A stretch of 64,000 nt of DNA from Camelus ferus (taxonomy: Eukaryota), in NCBI RefSeq assembly GCF_009834535.1, contig NC_045697.1, forward strand, positions 106,828,001-106,892,000, written 5' to 3'. Below are positions 13,381 to 26,431 of this stretch, one piece after another (the stretch's first letter is position 1; each line of letters opens with the position of its first letter). The notes below the pieces were generated by a model. The model had not been told where the DNA came from, ran no database searches, and was given only the letters and a program-made list of their open reading frames with translations. The position numbers and the translations under genes were made by a program.

Positions 13381-13949
13381 AGTAATCAAAACCTACTGAC
13401 TAAATTTAATTCTATCGAATCTGGTTACTTGGCTTCTCAGACTGTAACATGCAAGAAGTCGCTAACTGTACGGTATGGGAAGGATGCCCCTTCCAAGGCT
13501 GACATACTGACACAGCAGCAAGAAGTGGGAACTGATAGTTTTAGAAGGGAAACAGGAAAAATATAAAAAGAGAGCATAACAACTGAGGAAGAACAGAAGT
13601 ATGGAATCCTTTAGATTAAGGTCAAACATAGCACAGAACAGTAACTAATATTAATAATAAAAACTCACAGTCACCTCCTTACTTGTCATTACTCACTCAC
13701 TACCTCACCGTAAAATGGCCTCCACTCCTAAAAACTGGAGCACCCACTGTTTTTCAGGTACACAGAGAACATTTATGAAAACAGACCATGCCCAAGAGGA
13801 GTCCCGTCTCAAAAGATTTCCAAGAATCTGTATCACATATATCACAGTCTTTTGCTTTAAATTAAAATGAGTAACAAAAAGATACTGGATTGGATGTATG
13901 AAGGGAAGCCCCTGCTGAAGACATAATCTTCCAGCTGAGGCATAAATGA

Positions 13950-14310
13950 CAAGGAACCAGCACGTGAAAATCTGGAACGGTCGGAGAAAATGGCTCTCAT
14001 AAGGTGTGAATTCAGCGACAACCTTTGCATGATCAGGAACAGAAAGAAGGTCAGTGCCACAGGACACACGAATGAGAACCAGAATAGGCTGGCATGAGAT
14101 CAGAGAGGCAGGCAGGGGCCAGGTCGCGGGGGGCAGGCAGGATGTTATTCTCTGTTTAATGTGAAATTTGGAAGTTTAAGTAGAGGAGGGACACGATCTC
14201 ATTTACAGTTTTAAAATGTCACTTTGGCAGCTCTGCGGAAAGTGGATTGTAGATGGTTAAGGGTAGGAAAGGGTGACCAGGTCTAATGCTAGCCTGGCTT
14301 AGACTAATGA
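13950..14310 (-). mobile_element. L2 LINE relic
   Basis: gcatgatcaggaacagaaagaaggtcagtg...gatctcatttacagttttaaaatgtcactttggcagc. Confidence 0.55.
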
Positions 14311-15029
14311 CAGACAGACACGAATGGTTTCCAAATGTGCTTGGGAGACACCATCAACCTAGTGGCTCTTCATCACCAACTTCTTACAGCGCCCCCTGCC
14401 ACTGCCCCTGCATGTTAATTTCCAGTTGTGGAGTCACTCTATGCTTTTTTCCCATATGAGTGCTCTCTGCTTTGAGTTCCCCTACCATTTCTACTGCTTC
14501 ACCTACTTCACGCCTCATTTCTTAAGGATTATGTTCAGGCAGTTATCACTGCCTTCACCTGGGTTGGCTGTTTCTCCTTTGTGCTCTGATGTGTAGTATA
14601 CTTAACATCTCACTCAAAAAACATCACTGTACATACAGTTTTTTAAACACTTATTTCTGACCTACTGAAACTCCATCAATGAACTGTTCTATACTAAGCG
14701 CTAGCTAACTGGGCTCTCAAGTTTCAGACAGAGCATTTACCATTTATTTAATAATTGATAGGTGAATTCTGGATATAAGAAAGGATACAGAAATGTTCTA
14801 GAAATCATGCCTGTCAAGACAATAACATTCTAAATATATTAAAGAAATTATTTAAGGAAAATACTTATTTTACATTTTTTAGGAAAAGAGATTATTTTGT
14901 AAAGGGAATGAATATTCAATTCATCATGTATTTATTTTGTGAATTTGGATTTTAGGTTTTTTATCTTAATAAAAATATTTATTCTTACTCATAACCTGAC
15001 TCTGAATTCAATAATCCTTATTTTTTTCT

Positions 15030-15182
15030 TTTTTGTTTGTGTGTGTGGGGGGGGATTAGGTTTCTTCATGTATTTTTTAATTAATTTTTAATTTTATTTA
15101 TTTTTTAGTGGATGTACTGGGGATTGAATCCAGGACCTTGTGCATGCTAAGTACGCACTCTACCGCTAAGCTATACTCTCCC
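15030..15182 (-). mobile_element. tRNA-Ala-derived SINE (camelid Vic-1 type), older copy
   Basis: Reverse complement GGGAGAGTATAGCTTAGCGGTAGAGTGCGTACTTAGCATGCACAAGGTCCTGGATTCAATCCCCAGTAC followed by an AT-rich tail; homologous to 54512-54662. Confidence 0.85.
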
Positions 15183-16159
15183 TAATTTTTCTCTTTTTAA
15201 ACGTCTTCTTTCTTGGTTTTTAGTTCTTTAAATGGTGGTAGAAGGAAGAAAGGTGAATGAGTGAAACCAAATTCAGCAGAATTAACAACCAGAAAATAAC
15301 CAATTTTTATTCATTTGTACCTTTTTTATAAAAGAACATATGTAATGCTAGGAAAACAGAGTAGATTAAAAATGCTAAAGGGAGAGAAAAAGGGAAAAAA
15401 AAGGTACCCCCAAGAATAGAGAAATAAAGAAGAGTAAAGAGGCCTGTTAGAATTAACAGCTAAAGACAGAAATACATCCTCTAGTCGGAGGTCACAGATA
15501 TTGGGGAAAAAAAATGTATATTTTCATGAAAAAGAATTCTTTCCAGTGTGTGATATATGCAAATACAGGACATAGCTGTATATTGATAACCCAGCTGTTT
15601 TCTAAAAATTAAAAACAACATAAAAGCTTAATGTGCCGCAGGCTGTTTCTCTGATTACTTTTCCTCTTCTTATGGTTATTATTTCTATCGTTTAGTGCTT
15701 TTTTTATAGAGAGATTATTTTTATGATCACTTACTCTACCATATGTATTAACCGTTCACTCCAGAATAAAACTTTCTCAAGAGGAACAGAGCTTTTCTCA
15801 AGCAGTAGGTGACTGCATGACTTGTATGTAGACAGCTTGCCTCTGGGTGTGACTGGGTGAACATCTGAGTGTTCCAAACTGAACTAAATAGACAATAGAC
15901 AGTAAAAGCAAAACTACAGCTACTGAAGAGAAAGAAGTCTAGTCTAGTCTGCTTTTAAAACTAGAGAGGCACAAATCTATCCTGGTTCTGCTATTGTGAT
16001 TTTGCAGGGATAATGTTTTAATATAAGCCAAGTGCATGTACAAATTTACTAATAATAGAGATGTTTAAGCCTCTTAGAGGAACAAGATTCTGAAGAAAAG
16101 ATGGTGTAGCCTGGAGACGGGGTGAGAAATAAACCAGAAGATGGTCCTGCTCCTGAGTC

Positions 16160-16362
16160 TCTCTGTATCCCCTAACTCAGCCTTATTATCTTCATAATAC
16201 TTATCACTAACTGAAGTTAGTTTTCATTGTTTATTTTCTGTGCACCCCATTAGAATGTGAGCTCCAAGAGGGAAGGGGCTTTCTTTGTCTGACCTTCTTG
16301 TTCATCTCTGTATTTTTGGCTCCATGAACAAAATGATTATTTGCTAAATAAATGAATGAAAG
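16160..16362 (+). mobile_element. L2 LINE 3' end relic
   Basis: cattagaatgtgagctccaagagggaagggg...atttgctaaataaatgaatgaa. Confidence 0.65.
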
Positions 16363-17007
16363 AAGAAACTCTCCCAATTTATCAGCCCCCTTCTCATTTA
16401 GCCAAACCAGCCTAGACCATCATGTCAACAATATTCCTTTAACAATGTCATCAACCACCCTTCCACTCTCAACCCCTTTTCAGAGATTCCACCATTCTCC
16501 CATGGCCAAACGTCAACTCTCTCTCCCCATACACAATTAGACAGACAGACAGGCAGCACACATACGCACACACACCCCTTTTTCTAAACCTATTCTCTGC
16601 TGTTGAGAACAGAGAAAAACAACATGGAAAGGAAAAAATAATTTATATATTAATGAGCATCTATTAAGCACCTATCACTATGTTAGGCATTTCCATAAAT
16701 ATTATCCCACTCTTGGTCCAAACCCTCATGATCTTGTTGCCTTTCTACCTCATCCCTGCTCATTTACTTAGTCCCCAGGCTAACCTTCTCCCCTCCAACC
16801 ACAGACAAGGCAGTATTGTTCCCTGCTGTCCTGTGCTCATCACTGTATGTGTTCTGGACTTCATTCCCTTTCTTTTCCTCCTGGAGCTTAATAGTATATT
16901 AAATGCTTTCTTTCCTGTATGTTTGACATGCTTCTCTCTCTTTGGATCTGTCCAATTAACACAGATACATGGTCAATTATCTACCCATTAAAAAAAATTT
17001 CTCTGTT

Positions 17008-17167
17008 AGAGTTCTGGTAATGGGTACGGGGTTTCTTTTCATGGTGAATAAATCTTCTAAAATTAGCTTGTGGTGACGCTTGTAAATACACCCAAACTAC
17101 TGTACTGTACACTTCGAGTGGGTGAATTCTATCCTATGCAAACTTTATCTTAATAAAGCAGTTAAAA
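17008..17167 (+). mobile_element. L1MB-like 3' end relic
   Basis: aatgggtacggggtttcttttc...ctaaaattag...gggtgaatt...atcttaataaagcagttaaaa. Confidence 0.7.
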
Positions 17168-17319
17168 GTTCTCCCTCCAACTGTTTCCTTTCCTCACTGT
17201 GTTGACTTGCTTGCCTCGCAATCACAGCACAGTCCCCCACCGTCTAAGTGTCCTGCTCTAACACCACCAGTGACTCTTAGAATAATCCAGTGAGTACTTT
17301 TCAGCTCTTATTTGTTCAG

Positions 17320-17840
17320 CCGTCTTTCAGACAGGCTCTAAAACACATATGTGGTGATGTCACCGACCTCCGGCCTTCAATTCACTATCTTATAATGCAG
17401 TTAAACTGACTTTTTATGGCCTTGAAGGCCCTGTATGGTCTGGCTCCTGTCTGTCTCTCTCACCTTATCACCTTCGGTTCACGCCACATACGTATTCTCC
17501 AGCCATGATCTCTTTCACTCTGTGCAGGGGGCTTCTACGATTTCTTCTGAGTAGCTGTCCTCTGCTCACGACTCTACCCAGTGTTCTTATTCATCCTTCA
17601 ATCTACAGCTCGAGCCTCTCATTTCGCAGAAAACATGCCTGGTCTCAGGCAGGCTGGGTTTAGTGTCTACCCTCTACACTTACGCATATATACCAGGTCC
17701 TTATCTCTATAGTGAATTTATCACAGGATTATAACTGTTTACTTATCCATATTTCCCTCCTAGACAATGAACTCTAGCTGACAAGGGCAGGGACTTGCCT
17801 TTCAACTCTTTAGCCTTATTACATAAGTTAGGTTTAGTAC
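17320..17840 (+). mobile_element. L2 LINE relic
   Basis: ggccttgaaggccctgtatggtctggctcctg...ctagacaatgaactc...aagggcagggact. Confidence 0.6.
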
Positions 17841-18094
17841 AAGGTTGTTGAGAAAAACAAAATTAATGACTTACTCTTGTCTTCTGTTTTCTCCTTGCCT
17901 CACTTTACAATGAACTCTGCACATGTCCTCCAGGGAACAGTCTCAAATTACTTCTCTAGTGTCAACATTTTATGATTCTTTCTATGGTGCAATCGGTAAT
18001 TTACATTCTTGTTTACAGTTATGTTTTCTAACCCAAACCAAAGGTTTAACACTGAACAACGTAAAGGAAAGAAGTAACACCGGCTGGGAACTTA

Positions 18095-18255
18095 GGATGG
18101 GACAGGTACCATACCAGGCCTTTTCATGTATTACACCTCATCTGACTCTCCATAAGGTGGGCATTATCGTACCAATTCCACATACAAGGAAACAGAGTCT
18201 CCGGAAGATCCCAGTCACACAACTAGTAGGCACTGGGGCCAGGAATCAAGTCCAC
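18095..18255 (-). mobile_element. MIR SINE relic
   Basis: aaggtgggcattatcgtaccaattccacatacaaggaaacagag...gtcacacaactagtagg. Confidence 0.6.
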
Positions 18256-18699
18256 ATTTACATACTTGTTCATTTATTCTACAACATCACACTGCATGGT
18301 GTCACAAGATTTGGCACTATAATATGGCATGGCTGTAATAAAAGGTCACATCACATTCAGAAAGCACTGTGAATTAACCGTGTATATTTATACAAATAAT
18401 GCTAATTAATGAAGTGATATATTGTTTCACGAACATGGAGTACCTACCATACTTAGAACATAAGGCTGTGTTTTTGGAGTGAATGCTGAATCTAGCATAT
18501 TATACATGTTTACATAATGTATAATATAAAAATAAATTAGGGTATGATGAGTGGAAAACTCTCCAGTTAAAGTTTAATTTGTTAATAATTAACTACTTGG
18601 AGTTGTGGGGAAGAAAAGGAAGTCAAAGAAACTTAAAGCAAAAGTTTTAAACAGTCTTTAGCAAATGCTGATCATGAAAAATAAATACTGAAAACGTAT

Positions 18700-19285
18700 T
18701 TGGTATGGCAGGTCCTCAGAAAGTTAAACATAGAATTACCATATAACCCAGCAATTCTACTTCTGAGTACATACCCCAAAGAGCTGAAAGCAGGGACTTG
18801 AACAGGTATTTATATACTCATGTTCATAGCAGCATTATTCACAATAGCTAAAAGGTAGAAACAACCCCAAATGTCCACTGACAGATAAGTGGATAAACAA
18901 AATGTGGTGTATACGTCCAATGGAATATTAATCAGCCTTAAAAGGGGGGGGGGGCAGAATTCTGACCCAATCTACAATATAGATGAACTTTAATAAAATA
19001 AGCCAGACACAAAAGGACAAATATTGTATAATTCCACTGATCTGAGATACCTAGAATAGTCAAAGTCCCAGAAACATAAAGTAGAATGGTGGCTGCCAAG
19101 GCCTGAGGGCAGAAGGGAAGGAGGAGTCACCGTTTAACACATACAGAGTTTCAGTTTGGGAAGATGATTCTGGAGATGGATGGTGGTGATGGTTGCATAA
19201 TAATGTGAATGTACTTAATACTACTGAATTATACACTCAAAATGGTTAAAATGGTAAATTTGATATTGATTTACCATAATAAAAA
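18700..19285 (+). mobile_element. L1MB-like ORF2 end plus 3'UTR
   Basis: aaagttaaacatagaattaccatataacccagcaattc...catagcagcattattcacaatagc...gatggatggtggtgatggttgc...aaaatggttaaaatggtaaatt. Confidence 0.9.
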
Positions 19286-19504
19286 CAGTATCTGAATTCA
19301 TAACATGTTAGTTTAAGTGAAAGAAAAAATGTAATTTGGTTTAGACATGTATGTCAACTACATGTCTAATACCTAAATGGAGTATGCCCAATGTCAAATA
19401 TTCTACCAAGTGAATTTAACATTTATTGCCCCATTGTCTGACCACATGCCCTGAATTTGGATTTCGAAAATTTGGTAACCAAAGATGTATGACAGTCTGC
19501 TAGC

Positions 19505-19708
19505 TTTCCCCTGTCCAATATGGCATCCACTAGCCATATGTGATTATTTAAATCTGAATTAACTAAAATTAAACATTCAGTTCCTCAGTCACACAAGCCA
19601 CATTTCAAATGCACAACAGTCACATGTGACCAGTGGTTACCGTACTGAGCAGTGAAGGTATAATGAACATTTCCATCAGTACAGAAAGTTCTCCTGGACA
19701 GTGCTCTT
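19505..19708 (+). mobile_element. MER3-like hAT-Charlie non-autonomous DNA transposon
   Basis: Termini ctgtccaatatggcatccactagccatatgtg and gaaagttctcctggacag are inverted (ctgtcca/tggacag). Confidence 0.8.
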
Positions 19709-21284
19709 ATAGATTATACTGTAAATAGTACATGGTCAACTCCTTTGGTAAACCACTAATGTGTGTGAGAAACAGGGTGGGTCAATCCAGAATAAAAACA
19801 AAGAGCCAATTACACTCAGTGATCTGTGGAGGAAACAACCTGCTGATTGAATGTTTCACTTTTTAACTAGCAGAGCATCACAGAGAGAGCCATCCTTCAT
19901 CCTGCAAATGCTGCATCGACTTGGACACACCAATAGACAAGTCTTTAAAAAAAAAAAATCAGATCCCACATTGGGAGAAATGGTATTAAGTACATTTTCA
20001 AAGCAATTCTATAGAACATCGTGGAATTTCAAAATTAAAACTACACAGATTTTATAGCAACATAAAATAATTCATGCTGGTATGTTAAGTAAAACACGAC
20101 ATGACAAAATCAAATCTATACTGATTTCAGTCATATAACAGCTAAGTAGACAAAAAAAGACCCCAAAGCAGGTGGTATATTTGAAGAATAACTATGGACA
20201 TTTAGTAGACAAAGTACCACTATTCAAATATTGTTAAAACAATAAAAAGTAAAGTAAATGAGCCTATATGACTTTATTCTAACAATGAAATTATGCACTG
20301 TGTTGTAACGCCACTTGTATGTTTGCTCCAACCTCAATTTCACATACAGAACCCTATGTACATACATCTCATGCAGTCGGTTGTTGCTCTAATAAAATAA
20401 AATGCCCCCTGGAAGGAACATTTTCAAAGAACTGAAAAATTGGAAGAGTCTTTTGGGGTTTACCAGATCCAGCTCTAAAATAAACTGAATAATAGCAATT
20501 CAGAACCTGTACAATTTAAGATAAATGTGCTTCTAATGCATGGTGCTCTTGTTTGTGCCCTAACCTTCTTTATGGAGCACATGACCCAGGTGATAATATG
20601 TGCTGGCCCATATATTTAAATATGTACTTTCCTACACTGTCAACATGATCAGGTCATAAGTAGAATTATAAAGAAATACATCAAGTGCTGGTGAAAAATG
20701 AAAAACTTACTTCTATAAATAATGTTCCCTTGACAGTGATACACAACTTTCCCTATGAATCAAAGCGCCCTGGTTTCTTAGTTTTCTTCCAAAACTGGAC
20801 GGCCATTTAAGGTGATACCTGTTCAATTCTACGATCTCTGTACATGATGTATGTTAGTTGGAGGATACATAATTAAATAAAGATACTAAAAAAAAAGCAA
20901 GGCTATAAACACACATTTTGGTAAATAATGTATTTGTCAAAACCATATTTTTGAGTGTTTTACTTAAGAAAATCAATGAAAAAGATAAAATGAGTCTCAG
21001 TAACAGCAAATCTGATGATGTAGGAAGCTCCAGGCTTCATTCTACTGATAACTTCTATATGGTTATACACGTACTTCTGCATTATATATAAATATGTGTT
21101 TTATCACATTTAAATAGAGTTATACTTATAACCTTAATTCTTTAATGAATTATTTTCCTAATTTTTTAAATTAGTGAGTAGCCTTCAAAGTCATAAAAAT
21201 TGTACATATGATTATTGATCCCTTAATGGGTTCAAATTGAAAAAACTCTCATTTTATATTGAGTCAAACACTTTGTTGGAGGGA

Positions 21285-21420
21285 AGTTCTGGGTGCAAGT
21301 CTCAGCTAAGTCACAATCTTAAAGGTGACCCTGCTTAAGTCACTTCACTCATCTGGCCTCAGTTTCCTCATCAGTGAAATGAAAGTATGGGGAAGATGAT
21401 ATCTAATAGCTTCCAGTCTA
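21285..21420 (+). mobile_element. MIR relic just downstream of the exon donor
   Basis: aagtcacttcactcatctggcctcagtttcctcatcagtgaaatga (MIR core). Confidence 0.7.
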
Positions 21421-21640
<220 letters not shown>

Positions 21641-24600
21641 CATATTATTATGCAGAAATTTATTTTTAAAAATATACAGAGGAATTCAGAACAAGCCGTA
21701 AAATTTAATACTAAATTTACTGTGAACAGACTTATTCTGATATCCTATTTTCCACCAGAATTCGTTCTCCTTTGTTTATATTCAGAGAATTTCCAGCACT
21801 TGTCACACTGAATTATAATAGACTGCTTACATTTCAGTATTTGCCTGTGTACCTTGGTCACATTTGTAACACAGGGCCTGACAGGTACTCAACTTGTGTT
21901 TCAAAGAGAGGTCATACCCTGTAAAGGCTACTTTGGGATAGCAAATATGAAAACATTAAACATGTACTATTCACTTGAAATATTTATATTTTTTCTAGAA
22001 TTAAAACATTTTGTTGTCTCCTTCAATAACTATAACCAAATTATTTAGTTATTTCAACTGAGTTTTTAGGCCAATAAATTAGATCTTGGGAGGGATACTT
22101 TTAAATACTGAATTATTATTCTAATATTAATATTAATATCAAATCAGACCAAGTATTTGATTCTACCAACATAATAGTGTCCAATAAATAATAAATGAAC
22201 ATAATCAAGTGTTCAGTGGAAATGCTGGGTTCAAGGTCCACTTCCAATTCATTATTATATTCTGTTACAAGCAGTGTACCTAAAATACAGTAGGTATCAA
22301 TAAATGTTTGCTAAACTTAACACAGTTAAAAATGCTAATAAAGATGTTTTATAACCAGAGACTTGATTTTTAGAAAAGTACTCATATCTATATTATTTAA
22401 TATTGTTCAAAATTATTCCAACATAAAAGCCTAGCATTATAGACTACTCTATCAATAAATAATGTTACTCAAATCACAGAGTTCTCAAACTCAAACTCTG
22501 AAGCTTAACTGGAAGTGTACCAAGTTATATCAGGTAATGTATCTCACTGAAATTCTTATTTTTAGAGTCATAAGTGTCAAACTATGATGTATTTTTGGTG
22601 TGGCTTGTGGCTATGTTATCAATATTATAAAAAGAAATCTGTCGGTTCTAAAACAAAATTGACAAACTTCTATCGCAAGCAACCAGTAAGATATGAATAA
22701 TCTTGCAACAAAAGACATTCCTATTAGTTCACAGATAAACATTTGTATAAATATGTGCTTTATTAAAATAAGTGCCTATGAATAAGTGAATTATTTATGG
22801 ATAAATTAAAATAATATATTTCCTTTAGTAATATTTAACAAGGCTTCACAACGTATCACACACTATAAAGTATAGAAAAATTCTGCAAATAAAAGGCAAA
22901 TCTCATATTCCAAAGTATACCTAAAAAAGCATTTTGCTAGTTTCAATTGTGAAAAGTTATTATTTTAAACATCTCTTATAAAACTCATTATATTTATAAA
23001 TTTAGTAAATAGCTAAGAAAGCAGAAAACTGCTTCATATTTTATTTGAAATAAGAAGCGAAGGGCTTGTAATAGCTTTAAGTAAATTCCTATTTTAAGCA
23101 CATAGATTTAAAATTGATCCCCAAATCCAGAAACTATTAACGCAAGTTGCATACAAAAATGATACGTTTGTTTCATTAACTTAGGCCATGGTAGTGATGG
23201 GGGTGGGGGTGGGGGAGTAGAGGACATGTTTAAAGTGACACATAAAAACAGCAATTGTCTTAATTTGTGTGCAGTGCACTCTACACAAAAGCCCTAAATA
23301 TGTTCAAATTAGAGCAAGCTGCTTGATTGTCACTGCAGTCTCATGTCACATTAATGCATGACAAACATTAAACCATACACTTAAATGGCAATTTATATCA
23401 TTTAAATGTTTACTGCCAGACTAGCTCATCACTCATTTAAATGTGACTTTCTGACAGCTAATTTCAGTTAATTTTCTCCAATTCACTTAATTAGAACTTT
23501 CAATCAGGGAAGGACCTATACATATCTGTGAGCTTACATTCTTTTCAGTTGTTGTTCAAAATCTGACTTAATAAACTGCTGAAAAGCTCTACTATAATAG
23601 ATTAGCGTGTAATATCTCCGAGTCTACAAAAATGTACAACTACATGAAGCAAACTCACAGTATGTACTCTAAGAAAGAACCTACACTTATTTATGTAAAT
23701 AATACTCTCGCCAGTAGTTTAAATAAAAAACGTTTAGTTCATATACACACACTATTGAAACGATAAAAAGAAACCCTGCATCCAAGCTAATTAAAAATTA
23801 ATGATTTCAAAATTGTTTAATAAGATAAAACAGTCAGGAGTCTCCTGAGTGTCCGTGGTGTTGTGATTTGAGACTATAAAATTCTAGAAGGCTCAGCAAA
23901 TGACGAAGTACAAACGAATTTTCTCAATATTAAAGCTCTAAAAACTAGGGCAATTTTATTTTATGTTCATCAAACAAAGACTTGTGAGTCTTCCTAATGC
24001 TGATTACTTCTTTATGCACATTCAAAATGGTGAAGTTGGTGAGATTTAGATGCTTTCCATCTTGACACCACACCAGAATGTTAAGTAAAAAGGCTGAAAT
24101 GAAATACATTGTAGGCTCACATCATGTCACTAACACACATGCAGAAATGTCCACAGTGCCATGGGGAGGCCTCCCCTTACACTGTTACACTGGTTGACCA
24201 GTAATTCATCAAAATCTTGGCAAAATCTCTTCCAGAGGTTGATAAACACGTTTACTTTCACAAATAAACTTTAAATAAAAATTTAAAAACTAAACTAAAA
24301 ACCTCAGTGGCCTTCAAGCATTTCTTGAGATATATATTAAAAAGGGACAGGCAAGAACAACTGCTATGGATACATGGGAATTCCAAAAAGTTGAAAAATC
24401 ATTTCAGCACAAAGTCAGTTCAGGGCTTTAACATCCTTTTGATACCAGTGAATGGCAACTATCTAACCCAAAGTATACAATAAGAAACAAATGCACTTAC
24501 TAAAAGACGAAGGAAGAGGGAAGGGCAAGCAGGAGGAAATTATTGAGGGTAAAAAAAAAAACCCACAAATAACTCAAAATGGAATACCTTGGGAATACCT

Positions 24601-26385
24601 TTTATAACTGCCGTTTTTGAGATTCAAAAACATAAATCATAAAACTTCCATTAATTTTTAAAAAATTCTCCTTCCTTGTAATAAGATTAAAAAAATACTC
24701 TTTACATAAATACTTATTTATATGCACATTTTTAGCCGCAAAAAAATTAAAACATGCCAGCAGAATGCTAAGCATCTGAGATTTTTCAAAGCCTTTAGGA
24801 AAAATCCTCATTAAGACTGGAGTTAAATACGGTTTGCAGCTAGGGGACAGGAACATTCTTCCTGGGCTGCTCTCAAACCTAACCAATCAATTATTAGTAC
24901 TCCCCTAGCAGGCTAGATACATCATTTACATCCAATGTGTGCTCTGAGTAAAATTTGTAAAAAAGAAAATCCACTAAAATGTCGAACACAATACAATAAT
25001 ATTCAACTCATCTGAGTTATTATAAAATAAATCAGTCACTAACATTCAATTGTTAAGCACCAAATAAGACTATGAAAAGCCTATCCTATGAAGCCTCACA
25101 CATATTGTCAGTCCAATCCAGGGGGACTCATATTAGTCTTGACAAACTGTCTTGGGGCTGATATCTGTTTTTTTAATGAGATCTATTAAGCAGAGACTAA
25201 AACACTTGAGATATGCTAAAAAGTACAGTATACAGATGTCAAATACACACCCTTATTAGTAACTTTCATTTGTTTGGTCCAAATGCAGAACATCAACAAA
25301 TTAAAGCTTTAATACTATAAAGACAATAGTAAATTATTCATAAATAACTCATTTGTGTAACCCTGTGTCAGAAATAATTATAACATATATGAATGGGTGT
25401 CTAACAATAAATCTCAGTAAAAGATCGTAATATATGTTTTCCCGAAACTAACCCATTAAGGAAATGAATTATTTATTGATAAAAAAAGTTATATGAAATT
25501 ATTCTTATTTCTTATAGAAGTCAAATAAAAACATAACTTATGCAGAAATAATTTGCTTTTTCCAAGAAATTCTAAGCTATTTGAGAATAAAAATTCTACA
25601 ATATAAAGTATTAATCATGTGTTTAGCTAATCTATGAATACTTTAGAAATACTCCAGCAGTTTCCTTTTACTTTCAAAAAATCAAATTTTCTCTAATGTA
25701 AAAATTATGTAAAATCAAGAAAACCAACTTCAACTAAAAAAGAAATTAGATAATTGCTTATTTCAAGAGCAAAAAACTTTAATTGTATTATTTGTACTTC
25801 TTATACTTCTAATTCCCAGGATAATGCTAATACTCAGTTACATTTTTGCTAATTCTTCTCATACTATGCCATATATAAAAAAGCAACTAAATAAAAGCTA
25901 CTGGTTTCTATAGGATAAATTATTTTTATTAAAAAATCAAATAATAAGATAAAATATTATTTACAAACTTTTAACTATAGAAATAATTGTGTAACCAGAA
26001 GGAATTAGGCGTGTGTACCCCAAATACACATTTCTGCACTCCTACACCAATACTTCTGTCCCCAGGCTTTGAGAAGGCCCAATTCAGTACCAGGATACAA
26101 AATGCTACAGCTGTACATTCCAGACAGAAATAAAAATTACTGACTCATTCTCTGATTTGATATACAGTTCAAGATGTATTTGATCATATTTTAATGGAAG
26201 AAAGTATGAAAATTAGTTTCATAACTTTTTAATTGTACCTATAATTTAGAGTCAATTCTTCTAAATGTAGATAGTAAAAAGTTTCAAAGGAGTTACTGTT
26301 TGGATTGGCAAAAATGTAATATACAATATCATGGACTTGGAATTTTAAGTATTTTTCATTTTAAATATATGTAATACAGCCTTCT

Positions 26386-26388
<3 letters not shown>

Positions 26389-26428
<40 letters not shown>
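26389..26428 (+). repeat. (AC)20 microsatellite
   Basis: Twenty perfect AC units read directly. Confidence 0.97.

Positions 26429-26431
<3 letters not shown>

Noticed and set aside
17923..18372. 149-aa plus-strand ORF
   Set aside because: Overlaps a MIR relic, has no recognisable domain and is antisense to the host gene.
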